NCBI GenBank assembly: GCA_003599345.1
Contig: QZJP01000069.1
Location: 1-63,937 of the forward strand
Direction of reading: 5' to 3'
Origin: Bacillota bacterium
Lineage (GTDB): Bacteria > Bacillota > Sulfobacillia > UBA995 > UBA9673
DNA: 63,937 bases
This document shows positions 16,465 to 25,157 of this stretch, piece after piece (positions within the stretch are counted from its first letter, which is position 1; each line of letters begins with the position of its first letter). Below the pieces are notes generated by a model, which saw only the letters and a program-made list of their open reading frames with translations, was not told the DNA's origin and did no database searches. The translations under genes and the position numbers were made by a program.

Positions 16465-18951
16465 GTGACGTCCTCCTCGACCCCCGAAACATCCCTTCCG
16501 GAGCCGACCCGACGAATAGCGCGAATCAGGGCCGAGCTGTTCGCCACGCCGTACTCCGTGTGCCTCGAGCGCCCGGAGCTTCTCGCCCGCTTCAGGAAGT
16601 CCGCGGAGGGACGGCAGGCCAGGCGGGAACACCCGCTGACCAGGCGCGCCCGGGCCCTGGCCTTCGTCTTCTCCCACAGGCGCCCGCGCGTCTACTCCGA
16701 CGAACTCATCGTCGGGAACATGACCAGTAGGCGCATAGCCGCCAACTACTACCCGGAAGGCGGTTCGGTGAACATCCTCGAGGACATCTTCCGGCTAGAG
16801 AAACGCCGGATACCTCTCGAGCTGAGCGCCCGCGAGAAGTGGCGACTGGCGGCCGTCGGGCTCGGCGGCATTCTCGGCAGCGTGGCCGGCCGGGCCCTGC
16901 TCAGGCCGGGTCGCATCCCCTACTTCCTCGACTTCTTCCGGGCCAAGCGCTACTTCATCACTGAGGAGGCCGGCGTGGCCCACCAGGTGGTCGACTACCG
17001 CACCGTGGTCCACGAAGGTCTGCGCAAGGCCGACGACGAAGCCGCGCGACGCCTCGACTCGGGGTTGATGCCCGGCGGCCTTCCTCTCACCGCCGACCAG
17101 AGGGCGTTCTACGAGTCGGTCCGCCTCACCGTCGCGGGCATCCGGGACATGGCCGCCAATCTGGCCGCGGAGGCCGAGCGGCTCGCGGCTGAACCGGGAA
17201 CGCCCGCCAAGCGCCGGGCGGAACTCGCCGCGTCAGCGGCCGCCTGCCGCCGGGTGCCCTACGAACCCGCCCGGACGTTCCTCGAGGGACTGCAGGCCTG
17301 CTGGCTGGTCCATATCGGGCTGAACCTCGAGGATTTCGAGCAGGGGCTCTCGTTTGGACGGCTGGACCAGATCCTCTATCCTCTCTACACGCGGGACATC
17401 GAAGAAGGTCGCCTCACTCCGGAGCTGGCAACCGAGATTCTGGCCAGTTTCTGTCTGAAGACGTGCGAGACCATGCCCCTCTACTCCGAGCGCATCGACC
17501 AGTACTTCAGCGGCGCAGGGGTGGCGCAGGGAATAACCCTGGGCGGCACCGACGCCGAGGGCCTCGACGTGACCAACGAGCTATCGGGGTTGATCCTCGA
17601 CGCCTACGCCATGGTCCGCACGCGCGAACCGGCTCTGCACGTGAGAGTGCACGCGGGGACGCCTAAGTGGTTCCTCGACAAGGCGGTCGCCGTCGTGCAG
17701 TTGGGCTGCGGCAAGCCGTCGTTCTTCGGAGACGGCGCGGTGGTGACGGCCCTCGAGGAGGTGGGGATGAGCCCCGCCCACGCCCGCGACTACGCGGTCA
17801 TCGGCTGCGTGGAAATGGGTAGCCAGGGGCGGACCTACAACTCCTCGGATGCCGCCCTGTTCAACCTGCCGCTGTGCCTGGAACTCGCCCTGAATGGAGG
17901 CAGGCGGTTCCCGAACGTGCCGGTGGAGACCGTCGGGCCCGATGGCCGGCGCCGGCGCCGCGGGCTCGGCCTGGGGGGGAGATGGCGCCGGCTGGGCGCG
18001 GCCACCCCGCCCGCGAAGGACCTCGGGACTTTCGAGGACGTGGTCGAGGCCTTCAGGACCCAGGTGCGGCACGGCGTGGACGACATGGCCAAGGTGCTCG
18101 GATGGCTCGAGGAGGTCTACCGGGTGTCAAGGCCGACGCCCGTGAACTCCATCCTGACCGAGGGTTGCCTCGAGAGGGGAAAGGACGTCACCTGGGGCGG
18201 AGCCCTGTACGATTTCACCTCTATCCAGGCTGCCGGCCTGGCGGACGCCGGAGACTCCCTCTTGGCCATCAAGAGGCTGGTGTTCGACGAACAGCGCTTC
18301 ACCCTGGAGGAACTCGTCTCCATCCTCAAGGCGAACTTCGCCGGTCACGAAGCTCTCCGGGCCGAGCTGGCCGCTCGCTTCCCCAAGTACGGGAACGGCC
18401 ACCCCGAGGCCGACAGGATGACTCAGATCGCCGCGGACGCTTTCGCCGACGCCGTGACCTCCCACCGGAACACGCGTGGCGGGCGGTACGTGCCGGGGTT
18501 CTACTCCATGACGTGTCACTGGGGATTCGGGCGCATGACCGGGGCGCTGCCCAACGGTCGTCCGGCCGGCACGCGCCTATCGAACGGCCTGTCGCCGGCC
18601 GACGGCGCGGACCGGCGGGGCCCCACGGCGGTGCTCAGGTCCGCCGCCTCGCTCGACAGCCGCAAGTGGGCCAACTGCTACGCTCTCAACCTCAAGTTCG
18701 ACAGCAAGGCGGTCCAGGGCGGGGCGGGGAGGGCCGCCCTGGCGAGCCTGTTTGAAACCTTCTTCGACGCGGGCGGGATGCAGGTCCAGGCGAACGTCCT
18801 TGACGCCGAGAGCCTCAGGGCGGCCCAGCGCGACCCGTCGGCCCACCCCGGCATCGTCGTGCGCGTGGCCGGCTATTGTGCCTACTTCAACGACCTCCAG
18901 CCCGCAGTGCAGGACGAAATCATCGAACGGACCGCCCATGGCGTCGGCTGA
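16465..18951 (+). CDS. Glycyl radical enzyme, Cys-x-Glu (dehydratase/lyase) class, substrate unknown
   Basis: 828 aa. The glycyl radical motif VVRVAGYCAYF has its Gly codon at 18871-18873. The thiyl loop is IGCVEMG, a single Cys at 17806-17808 followed by Glu. The N-terminal ...FATPYSVCLERPELL matches GRE N-termini. Confidence 0.92.
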   Translation: MTSSSTPETSLPEPTRRIARIRAELFATPYSVCLERPELLARFRKSAEGRQARREHPLTRRARALAFVFSHRRPRVYSDELIVGNMTSRRIAANYYPEGGSVNILEDIFRLEKRRIPLELSAREKWRLAAVGLGGILGSVAGRALLRPGRIPYFLDFFRAKRYFITEEAGVAHQVVDYRTVVHEGLRKADDEAARRLDSGLMPGGLPLTADQRAFYESVRLTVAGIRDMAANLAAEAERLAAEPGTPAKRRAELAASAAACRRVPYEPARTFLEGLQACWLVHIGLNLEDFEQGLSFGRLDQILYPLYTRDIEEGRLTPELATEILASFCLKTCETMPLYSERIDQYFSGAGVAQGITLGGTDAEGLDVTNELSGLILDAYAMVRTREPALHVRVHAGTPKWFLDKAVAVVQLGCGKPSFFGDGAVVTALEEVGMSPAHARDYAVIGCVEMGSQGRTYNSSDAALFNLPLCLELALNGGRRFPNVPVETVGPDGRRRRRGLGLGGRWRRLGAATPPAKDLGTFEDVVEAFRTQVRHGVDDMAKVLGWLEEVYRVSRPTPVNSILTEGCLERGKDVTWGGALYDFTSIQAAGLADAGDSLLAIKRLVFDEQRFTLEELVSILKANFAGHEALRAELAARFPKYGNGHPEADRMTQIAADAFADAVTSHRNTRGGRYVPGFYSMTCHWGFGRMTGALPNGRPAGTRLSNGLSPADGADRRGPTAVLRSAASLDSRKWANCYALNLKFDSKAVQGGAGRAALASLFETFFDAGGMQVQANVLDAESLRAAQRDPSAHPGIVVRVAGYCAYFNDLQPAVQDEIIERTAHGVG

Positions 18952-19945
18952 GCCCAGGCCGGGGCGGCGGCGCGACGAGGCCAAGGTCTTCTCGATCCAG
19001 CACTTCTGCCTGCATGACGGGCCAGGAGTGCGGAGCCTCATCTTCTTCAAGGGCTGCCCGCTCCGGTGCTCTTGGTGCCAGAACCCCGAGTCCTGGGATA
19101 CAGGTCCAGAGCTCGCGTTCAAGGCTCGGCTGTGCATCGGCTGCGGCACGTGCCGGCTGGTCTGCTCGCACGGGGCCATCCGAGTCCCGGCTCACCCGTG
19201 GCGCGACCCGTCCCGCTGCCGGGGCTGCTTCACGTGCGCCGAGAAGTGCCCGACCGGGGCTCTCAGTAGGTTCGGGGAGCCGGTCACTGTCGACGGGCTC
19301 GTCGAGGAGGTCCGCCCCGAATTCCCTCTCTACCGGTCGTCAGGCGGGGGCGTGACCCTGTCGGGGGGCGAGCCCACCCTCCAGCCGGAGTTCGCGGCCG
19401 CTTTGGCCGGCAGGCTGAGGTCCTACGGGGTGTCCGTCGCCGTCGAGACATGCGGGCTGTTCGACATGGACGGCAGCGGCGCGGTCCGCGACCTACTGAA
19501 CAACGTGGACCTGGTTCTCTTTGACGTCAAGGTCTACGACGAGGAGTCCTTCGGCCGCCTGTGCGGCGGAGGCGGTACCGGGGCCGGGAAGGCCGCGTCC
19601 CGGATACGGGACAACCTGATGGCCCTGGCGGACGGTCTGGGCTCCAGGCGTGGTCCTAGGGTCTGGCCCCGCCTGCCGCTCATCCCCGGGATGACCGATG
19701 GTCGGGAGAACCTCGCGGCTTGGGCCGGGTTTCTCAGGAAGGCCGGGTTCGGTGGCTTGACGATCGTGCCCTACCATGCCCTCGGAGAGTCGAAGCGGGT
19801 CTGGCTCGGGCTAGACCGCGGTCCGGCCCTGGCCGCCCCGGCGGCCGAGGACGTCGAGGCGGCCGCCGGCATTTTCCGGTCCGTCGGGATTCGCGTCTTC
19901 AGTCCCGGTGAGGAGGCGTGGGAGGCCGGGACGCGGGCCGGGTGA
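18938..19945 (+). CDS. Glycyl-radical enzyme activating enzyme (radical SAM)
   Basis: The internal ATG at 18938 gives MASAEP...FSIQHFCLHDGPGVRSLIFFKGCPLRCSWCQNPES (CxxxCxxC). Two ferredoxin-like motifs follow: CIGCGTCRLVCSHG and CRGCFTCAEKCPTG. It overlaps the GRE stop by 14 nt. Confidence 0.9.
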   Translation: MASAEPRPGRRRDEAKVFSIQHFCLHDGPGVRSLIFFKGCPLRCSWCQNPESWDTGPELAFKARLCIGCGTCRLVCSHGAIRVPAHPWRDPSRCRGCFTCAEKCPTGALSRFGEPVTVDGLVEEVRPEFPLYRSSGGGVTLSGGEPTLQPEFAAALAGRLRSYGVSVAVETCGLFDMDGSGAVRDLLNNVDLVLFDVKVYDEESFGRLCGGGGTGAGKAASRIRDNLMALADGLGSRRGPRVWPRLPLIPGMTDGRENLAAWAGFLRKAGFGGLTIVPYHALGESKRVWLGLDRGPALAAPAAEDVEAAAGIFRSVGIRVFSPGEEAWEAGTRAG

Positions 19946-20251
19946 TTCACGGCAGCCTGAGAAGCCCTAGGCACAAGAGGAGCAGCTCCGGCACCGGCAG
20001 GCTCCCTCCGGCGAGCTTCCTCGACCCGGGAGTCCAGGCCCAACGCCATGCCCAGGGCGATTGACTCCCCGGTCTCTATGTGGCCCGAGCGGTCGGCGTC
20101 CGCCGCCGCGGGGCGAACCAGGATATGGATGACAAGCCCGAGAGACCGGATGTCAAGGCGGGCGAGCCGGCGGGGTGTTCCCGAGGGCGAAAGATAGGCT
20201 AGGAAACACGATTACGGTCGGGTATGTTTCTGTCGGCCTACCGCCTACTGT

Positions 20252-20281
20252 TTGACACCTCCCGGCCGCAAAGGATAGGAT
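20252..20281 (+). promoter_or_regulatory. Candidate sigma-A-type promoter upstream of ybjQ-like gene
   Basis: TTGACA at 20252-20257 is followed by an 18-nt spacer and TAGGAT, within a locally AT-richer stretch. Confidence 0.3.
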
Positions 20282-20381
20282 TATGTGGTTAGGCTTCCTG
20301 CGCCGTGGCTACTAGAAGGTCAAACAGTGCGGGCATGGAACTATGTGAACCAGGTCGGGCCGGGAAGGGTGTCCTACCCAC

Positions 20382-20702
20382 GTGATCGTAACGACGACCC
20401 CCACGGTCGAGGGGTACACCATCGTAAAGTACTACGGTATCGTCGCGGGTGAGGCCATCATGGGCGCCAACATCATCCGCGACATATTCGCGTCGGTCAC
20501 GGACGTGATAGGCGGGCGTTCGGGGGCTTACGAGGAGAAGCTCACCGAAGCCCGCCAAATAGCCGTAAGGGAAATGGTGGAGAAGGCCACCCGCCTCGGC
20601 GCGGACGCGGTCGTCGGGGTGGATGTGGACTACGAGGTCATCCGCGAAGGTATGCTCATGGTCACCTCCGCGGGGACCGCCGTCTCCCTTTCCAAGGGCT
20701 AG
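20382..20702 (+). CDS. ybjQ: YbjQ/UPF0145 family protein
   Basis: 106 aa. (M)[50 protein letters not shown]...[13 protein letters not shown] matches the family signature along its whole length. Confidence 0.85.
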   Translation: MIVTTTPTVEGYTIVKYYGIVAGEAIMGANIIRDIFASVTDVIGGRSGAYEEKLTEARQIAVREMVEKATRLGADAVVGVDVDYEVIREGMLMVTSAGTAVSLSKG

Positions 20703-20730
20703 CTGGGCGGGGTGGGAAGGATGACCGGAG

Positions 20731-20982
20731 TTGAGGATTGACGTCGGGCGCGTTCTCGTCGGACTCTTCATCCTGGCCATCGGCGGTTTCCTTGTTCTTG
20801 TCAACCTGCAGTTGTCCAGCTTCCGGATCGTGGGCCTGTGGCCCCTACTCCTCATTGTCCCCGGAGTGGTCCTCCTGAGCCTTGCTGTCGTTGTGGGCGT
20901 CCCGGAGACTCGTCCGCTCCGCCCTCTGCACGGCGATACCTACCCAGACCAGGTGCAGCACCAGGGCCCGCTCATCTGGTGA
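20731..20982 (+). CDS. Small two-TM protein (LiaF-N-terminal/DUF5668-like), possibly truncated
   Basis: 83 aa. GRVLVGLFILAIGGFLVLVNL and GLWPLLLIVPGVVLLSLAVVV form two helices. The tail has no recognisable domain and runs into low-GC sequence. Confidence 0.45.
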   Translation: MRIDVGRVLVGLFILAIGGFLVLVNLQLSSFRIVGLWPLLLIVPGVVLLSLAVVVGVPETRPLRPLHGDTYPDQVQHQGPLIW

Positions 20983-21191
20983 CCCATGAGGCTCTAGTCT
21001 TGAAAGTGTGCGTCTCCGCGCGGTTCCTGGCGCATATGTATTGCCCAAGGGGTGTCTCTTCCGTCGTTTATCCATTACTTTCGAAAATGCTTACATTGGG
21101 CCACCCTACGACGCAGGAATCCAGGGGATGACTGGATAATTGTGGTCACAACGTTCTGCGCTTCCGCGCAGCACCCTGGGAGGGACGGGCG

Positions 21192-21386
21192 ATGGCTTCA
21201 GACGAGAGCAGTCTCGAAATGCTGACAACGACCGAGATGATGCGACTCCTGAAGATCAAGAGCCGGACCACCATACGCAAACTCGTCCAAAGTGGTGATT
21301 TACCCGCTTACCGTGTCGCTCGGGACCTACGCTTCAAGAGGAAGGAAGTCGAGGCTTACCTCGAGCGTAACCGGGTGAAACCCTAG
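21192..21386 (+). CDS. Excisionase/MerR-type helix-turn-helix DNA-binding protein
   Basis: 64 aa. MLTTTEMMRLLKIKSRTTIRKLVQSGDLPAYRVARDLRFKRKEVEAYL is a classic HTH_17 pattern. An SD (GGGAGGGA) lies upstream. Confidence 0.7.
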   Translation: MASDESSLEMLTTTEMMRLLKIKSRTTIRKLVQSGDLPAYRVARDLRFKRKEVEAYLERNRVKP

Positions 21387-21423
21387 AGGCTCGGCTTCAC
21401 CACCGAGTCAGGGCCTTCTTCGA

Positions 21424-21457
21424 CTCGGGTCAGGGCGGCTGACCCGGGCCGTTTTGT
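21424..21457 (+). terminator. Rho-independent terminator after the HTH gene
   Basis: The hairpin CGGGTCAG-GGCGG-CTGACCCG is followed by GCCGTTTTGTG. Confidence 0.6.
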
Positions 21458-21584
21458 GCATCGGTCCTTTCCCCCCGTTCTCCGCGTGCCCGTCGTTCAC
21501 CGCGCGTTCACAAACGCATGCTATTGTAGTCGATGTGGCAGGCCTTTAGGATAGAGGCGGTCTGCCGGCGGGTCCGACGGAAGG

Positions 21585-22379
21585 ATGTTGGCTGCGGTGG
21601 CGTCCGGCACGGTTCTCGTCGTTGACGACGACAGCAATGTCGCCGACCTCCTGACGCTCTACCTCAGCAAGGAAGGCTACAAGGTCGTCCGCGCGGACAA
21701 CGGGGACGACGGTCTACGCCTGGCGCTGGGTCCTCCCGAGGCCGACCTGGTCATCCTGGACATCATGCTCCCCAAGATGGACGGCTGGGAGGTCTGTCGC
21801 CGGTTGCGGGCCGCGGCGTCCCGCGTGCCCGTCATCATGCTGACGGCGCGCGACGACGACTATGACAAGATTCTGGGCCTCGAACTAGGGGCCGACGACT
21901 ACGTGACCAAGCCGTTCAACCCACGCGAAGTCGTCGCCAGGGTGAGGTCGGTCCTGCGGCGCATCGGCGAGAGTATCCGCGACAAGAGCAGCCGCGAGGT
22001 TCGCCATCCCGGACTGCGGGTGAGCCTGTCGGACTACACCGTCGAGGTATCCGGACGGCCGGTCGAACTGACGCCGAAGGAGACGGAACTCCTGTGGTTC
22101 CTCGCCAGCCATCCCGACCGCGTGTTCGGCCGCGACCAGCTTCTCACGGAAGTCTGGGGCTATGACTACACCGGGGACGCACGAACCGTCGACACACACA
22201 TCAAGCGGGTACGGCACAAGTTGCGGGAGGCGGTCCCCGGCAACGTCGCGTGGGAGATAGCCACTGTGTGGGGCGTGGGCTACAAGTTCAGGCGCGAGAG
22301 GCCGCAGCCGGGTAGCGAGTGTCCCGGGAACGGCGTCGGCGACCCACCTCCGAGCGGGGGACGACCTCATGGGTCCTGA
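21585..22379 (+). CDS. OmpR-family response regulator
   Basis: 264 aa. The receiver domain shows VLVVDDD, LVILDIMLPKMDG and TARDD. The winged-helix output shows LTPKETELLWFLASHP and RTVDTHIKRVRHKL. Confidence 0.92.
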   Translation: MLAAVASGTVLVVDDDSNVADLLTLYLSKEGYKVVRADNGDDGLRLALGPPEADLVILDIMLPKMDGWEVCRRLRAAASRVPVIMLTARDDDYDKILGLELGADDYVTKPFNPREVVARVRSVLRRIGESIRDKSSREVRHPGLRVSLSDYTVEVSGRPVELTPKETELLWFLASHPDRVFGRDQLLTEVWGYDYTGDARTVDTHIKRVRHKLREAVPGNVAWEIATVWGVGYKFRRERPQPGSECPGNGVGDPPPSGGRPHGS

Positions 22380-24015
22380 GGTACCCGCCGTCGCCGCCCG
22401 GGCCAAGGCCCTTGTCCTCCGGGCCCTCGCCGGCCCGCGTTCCACCTTCGCGCGGTTCCTGTTGGGGACGGTCGTCGCCGTTGTCTGCGCGCTGGCCGTC
22501 GTGGCCCTGGCTCTGCCGGGCCTTGCCGAGCACTTCCTCCTGGCTGAGAAAGAGCGGGAGCTCACCTTGCGGGGCCTCAGGGCCGAGGGAGTGGTCCGCG
22601 CGTTCCTGGAGGGCGGTCTTGGCGAGGACCAGGCCCAGGCCTATCTCGACGTTCTGGCCGCGGAAGACTCCGAGGTGTGGGTCGTCAACTCGGACGGTTA
22701 CGTGGTCCTGGAGTCCGGCATCGCCTGCCAGGCCGTGTCGGGAGTGCCGCAGTACGGGATGTCCCCGTTCCCGCCCGGCGGACCCTGGGTCAGCCCGGGC
22801 GGAGTGCCGGGCCGCGGCGGGCGCTGGATGCGGGGCAGCCGGCTCGCCTTCCCCGATGCCGCCCGCGTGTCGGTGGGCGAGGGTTGGTCCTCGACGGGGG
22901 AGCACTGGGCCTATGAAGTCCCGGTGGTCTCCGTCTCGGTCCCGGTGACCTCCGCCGATGGCTCGCGGGTGCTCGGCGCCGTGTACCTCCATTCCCCCGT
23001 CGCGGGCGTCTCTTTCACCGTGGGAACGCTGCGGCGCTACCTGTTCCTAGCCGCGGGGGTCGGGCTCCTGGCGGCCTTCGCGGTGGCCTGGGTGCTCAGC
23101 CGTAACGTCACAAGACCCGTAGGCCTCATGACGGCCATGGCTAAGCGCATAGCCGAAGGCGATCTGGACGCGCGCGTGAAGGGGGGCCTGGACGAACTCG
23201 GCGAGCTCGGCCGCTCGCTGAACATCATGGCGGAGAGGCTCGGAGAGGCCCGTGATGAAGGGCGAAGGCTGGAGGCCCTCAGGCGTGAACTCATCGCCGA
23301 CGTGTCTCACGACCTGCGTTCGCCCATAACGACGATACGGGGCTTCGTGGAACCTCTCTTGGACGGGACGGTCGCGGACGAGCCGATGAGGCGTAGCTAC
23401 CTCGAGACCATCCGGCGGGAGACGGACGCCCTCGGCCGGCTCGTGGCCGACATCCTGGAGCTTGGCCGCCTGGAGGCGGGCCGGTCGTCCCTGGCTCTCA
23501 CCGCGGTCGACATCGAGCGGCTCAGCCGGGAGACAGTCACGAGATACCGGCCGGGTGCCGATGAGGCCGGCATCACCCTCTCGGCCGATATCAGAGGACC
23601 GTTGCCCGCGGTGGAAGGTGACGAGGCTCGGATAGGGCGAGCCCTCGGCAACCTTCTCGACAACGCGCTCAAGTTCACCCCTCGAGGTGGTCGGGTTACC
23701 CTCACGGCTGAGCCCGTACCCGGCCCCGGCGTGGCCCTGGCGGTGAGCGACACTGGACCGGGCATCCCCGAAGGGGACCTGCCGTACATCTGGGAACGCT
23801 TCTACAAAGTCGACAAGTCGCGGCGCCGCCGGGGCGAGAGTGGGGGAGGGCCCGGGTCGCCCTCCGGCGACGGGGTGGGGCTCGGGCTCGCCATCGTCAA
23901 AGAGACCGTCAACGCGCACGGAGGCCGGGCTACAGTCGAGTCACGCCCGGGCCAAGGGTCCACGTTCAGGATTATCCTGCCCGCCGCCGAGAAGGGCCCG
24001 GCCGGCCCGGCCTAG
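22369..24015 (+). CDS. Sensor histidine kinase (two TMs, extracytoplasmic domain, HAMP, HisKA, HATPase)
   Basis: 548 aa with H-box LIADVSHDLRSPIT, N-box LGNLLDNALKF and G-boxes DTGPGIP / GVGLGLAIV. Confidence 0.9.
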   Translation: MGPEVPAVAARAKALVLRALAGPRSTFARFLLGTVVAVVCALAVVALALPGLAEHFLLAEKERELTLRGLRAEGVVRAFLEGGLGEDQAQAYLDVLAAEDSEVWVVNSDGYVVLESGIACQAVSGVPQYGMSPFPPGGPWVSPGGVPGRGGRWMRGSRLAFPDAARVSVGEGWSSTGEHWAYEVPVVSVSVPVTSADGSRVLGAVYLHSPVAGVSFTVGTLRRYLFLAAGVGLLAAFAVAWVLSRNVTRPVGLMTAMAKRIAEGDLDARVKGGLDELGELGRSLNIMAERLGEARDEGRRLEALRRELIADVSHDLRSPITTIRGFVEPLLDGTVADEPMRRSYLETIRRETDALGRLVADILELGRLEAGRSSLALTAVDIERLSRETVTRYRPGADEAGITLSADIRGPLPAVEGDEARIGRALGNLLDNALKFTPRGGRVTLTAEPVPGPGVALAVSDTGPGIPEGDLPYIWERFYKVDKSRRRRGESGGGPGSPSGDGVGLGLAIVKETVNAHGGRATVESRPGQGSTFRIILPAAEKGPAGPA

Positions 24016-25157
24016 AGCTCCGGCGGCTCGAGCAGCAGTCTCGAGAGGAGCTCCACAGTCGCCTCGAGGTCGTGAAGATCCACGACCGGAGACGATGAGC
24101 GGGCGTGACGGGCCGGAAGGCCCACGACTCCCGTCGGGACGCCCGCCCCGGCCACCTGGACCACGGAGGCGTCGGCGGCATCCTCGTCAGCTGAGGAAAC
24201 GTCGAGCTGATAGGGGATACCACATTTCCTGGCCGTCTCGACAAGAGCCTCGCGGACCCTGGGCGGGGCGACGTAGTCGCCGTCCTTCACCCGTATCGCG
24301 GGGCCCTTCCCGACTTCGACCCGCGAGCCCTCCTTGCCTGAGCTTCTCGCCGGCGTCAAGTCGACCGTGATGCCGAGGACCGGCTCCAGGGCGAACGCCG
24401 CCGTCCGGGCGCCACGCGGAGCGATGGCTCCCTGCACGGTGAACACGAAGGCGACGCCGGGGAATAGGGCGTCGCCGGGCCCTCGGGAGCCCCGGTCCGC
24501 TCGACCGGCGGCCTTCGAGAGGTAGAGGCCCTTGGCTACTTCGAGCAGCACCGCGCAGCCCGCCCGGTTGTCGAGGGCCGGAGACGTGAACTTCCCGCCG
24601 CCGGGGCCGAGGTCTCCGGTGCGGGGCTCGAGGCAGAAGACGTCTCCCAGGGCCGCGCCCTCGGTCTCCTCGGTGTCTCCGACGTCTATGTACATCTTCT
24701 GTGACGCGAGATCTTGTTTCCCGACACCCTCGTCGACCCCGACGACCCCCAGGATGCCCAGGGCGTTGACGACGCGTTGGCCCGGTAGGGCCATCACGTC
24801 CAGGTCTCCCGCCACGCCGAACCGGAGGAAGCCGTCACGGGCCGCGCTGGTCACGACAAGACCGGCCTGGTCCATGTGAGCCGACAGCATGATGAGCGGG
24901 CCGCGCCCGGCCCTGTCGCCGGGGCGCGGTCGCCCGGAACCAGGGGCGGGCGGCCCGGCAGCCGCGCCGGCCGCCTTCACGGCGATGAGGTTCCCGAGGG
25001 CGTCGGTCCAGGTCTCGTCCACGTGAGGCCCGATGATGGCGGCTATCTCGCGGGCTATGCCCGCCTCCCGGCCCGGCGGGCCGTAGACCCGGGTGAGCCT
25101 GTCAAGGAGATCCCTCAAGGTCGCCAGGCCCTCGAGGCCCCCGGCGTCGGGTGTCAT
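24012..25157 (-). CDS. M42-family peptidase (FrvX/TET aminopeptidase-like), copy 1
   Basis: 381 aa. Motifs seen: DALGNLIA, LSAHMDQAGLVVT, ALDNRAGCAVLLE and PARHARSSSPV. Confidence 0.88.
   Translation of the reverse strand: MTPDAGGLEGLATLRDLLDRLTRVYGPPGREAGIAREIAAIIGPHVDETWTDALGNLIAVKAAGAAAGPPAPGSGRPRPGDRAGRGPLIMLSAHMDQAGLVVTSAARDGFLRFGVAGDLDVMALPGQRVVNALGILGVVGVDEGVGKQDLASQKMYIDVGDTEETEGAALGDVFCLEPRTGDLGPGGGKFTSPALDNRAGCAVLLEVAKGLYLSKAAGRADRGSRGPGDALFPGVAFVFTVQGAIAPRGARTAAFALEPVLGITVDLTPARSSGKEGSRVEVGKGPAIRVKDGDYVAPPRVREALVETARKCGIPYQLDVSSADEDAADASVVQVAGAGVPTGVVGLPARHARSSSPVVDLHDLEATVELLSRLLLEPPEL

Noticed and set aside
16465-18951. I considered annotating the GRE as pyruvate formate-lyase.
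   Set aside because: The active-site loop is GCVE (a single Cys followed two residues later by Glu), not the adjacent Cys-Cys of PFL. The activase carries the extra ferredoxin-like insert typical of non-PFL activases.
24012-24015. The convergent histidine kinase and M42 genes share a palindromic CTAG as overlapping stop codons.
   Set aside because: It is real, but it is a trivial consequence of tight convergent packing and not evidence of a functional element.
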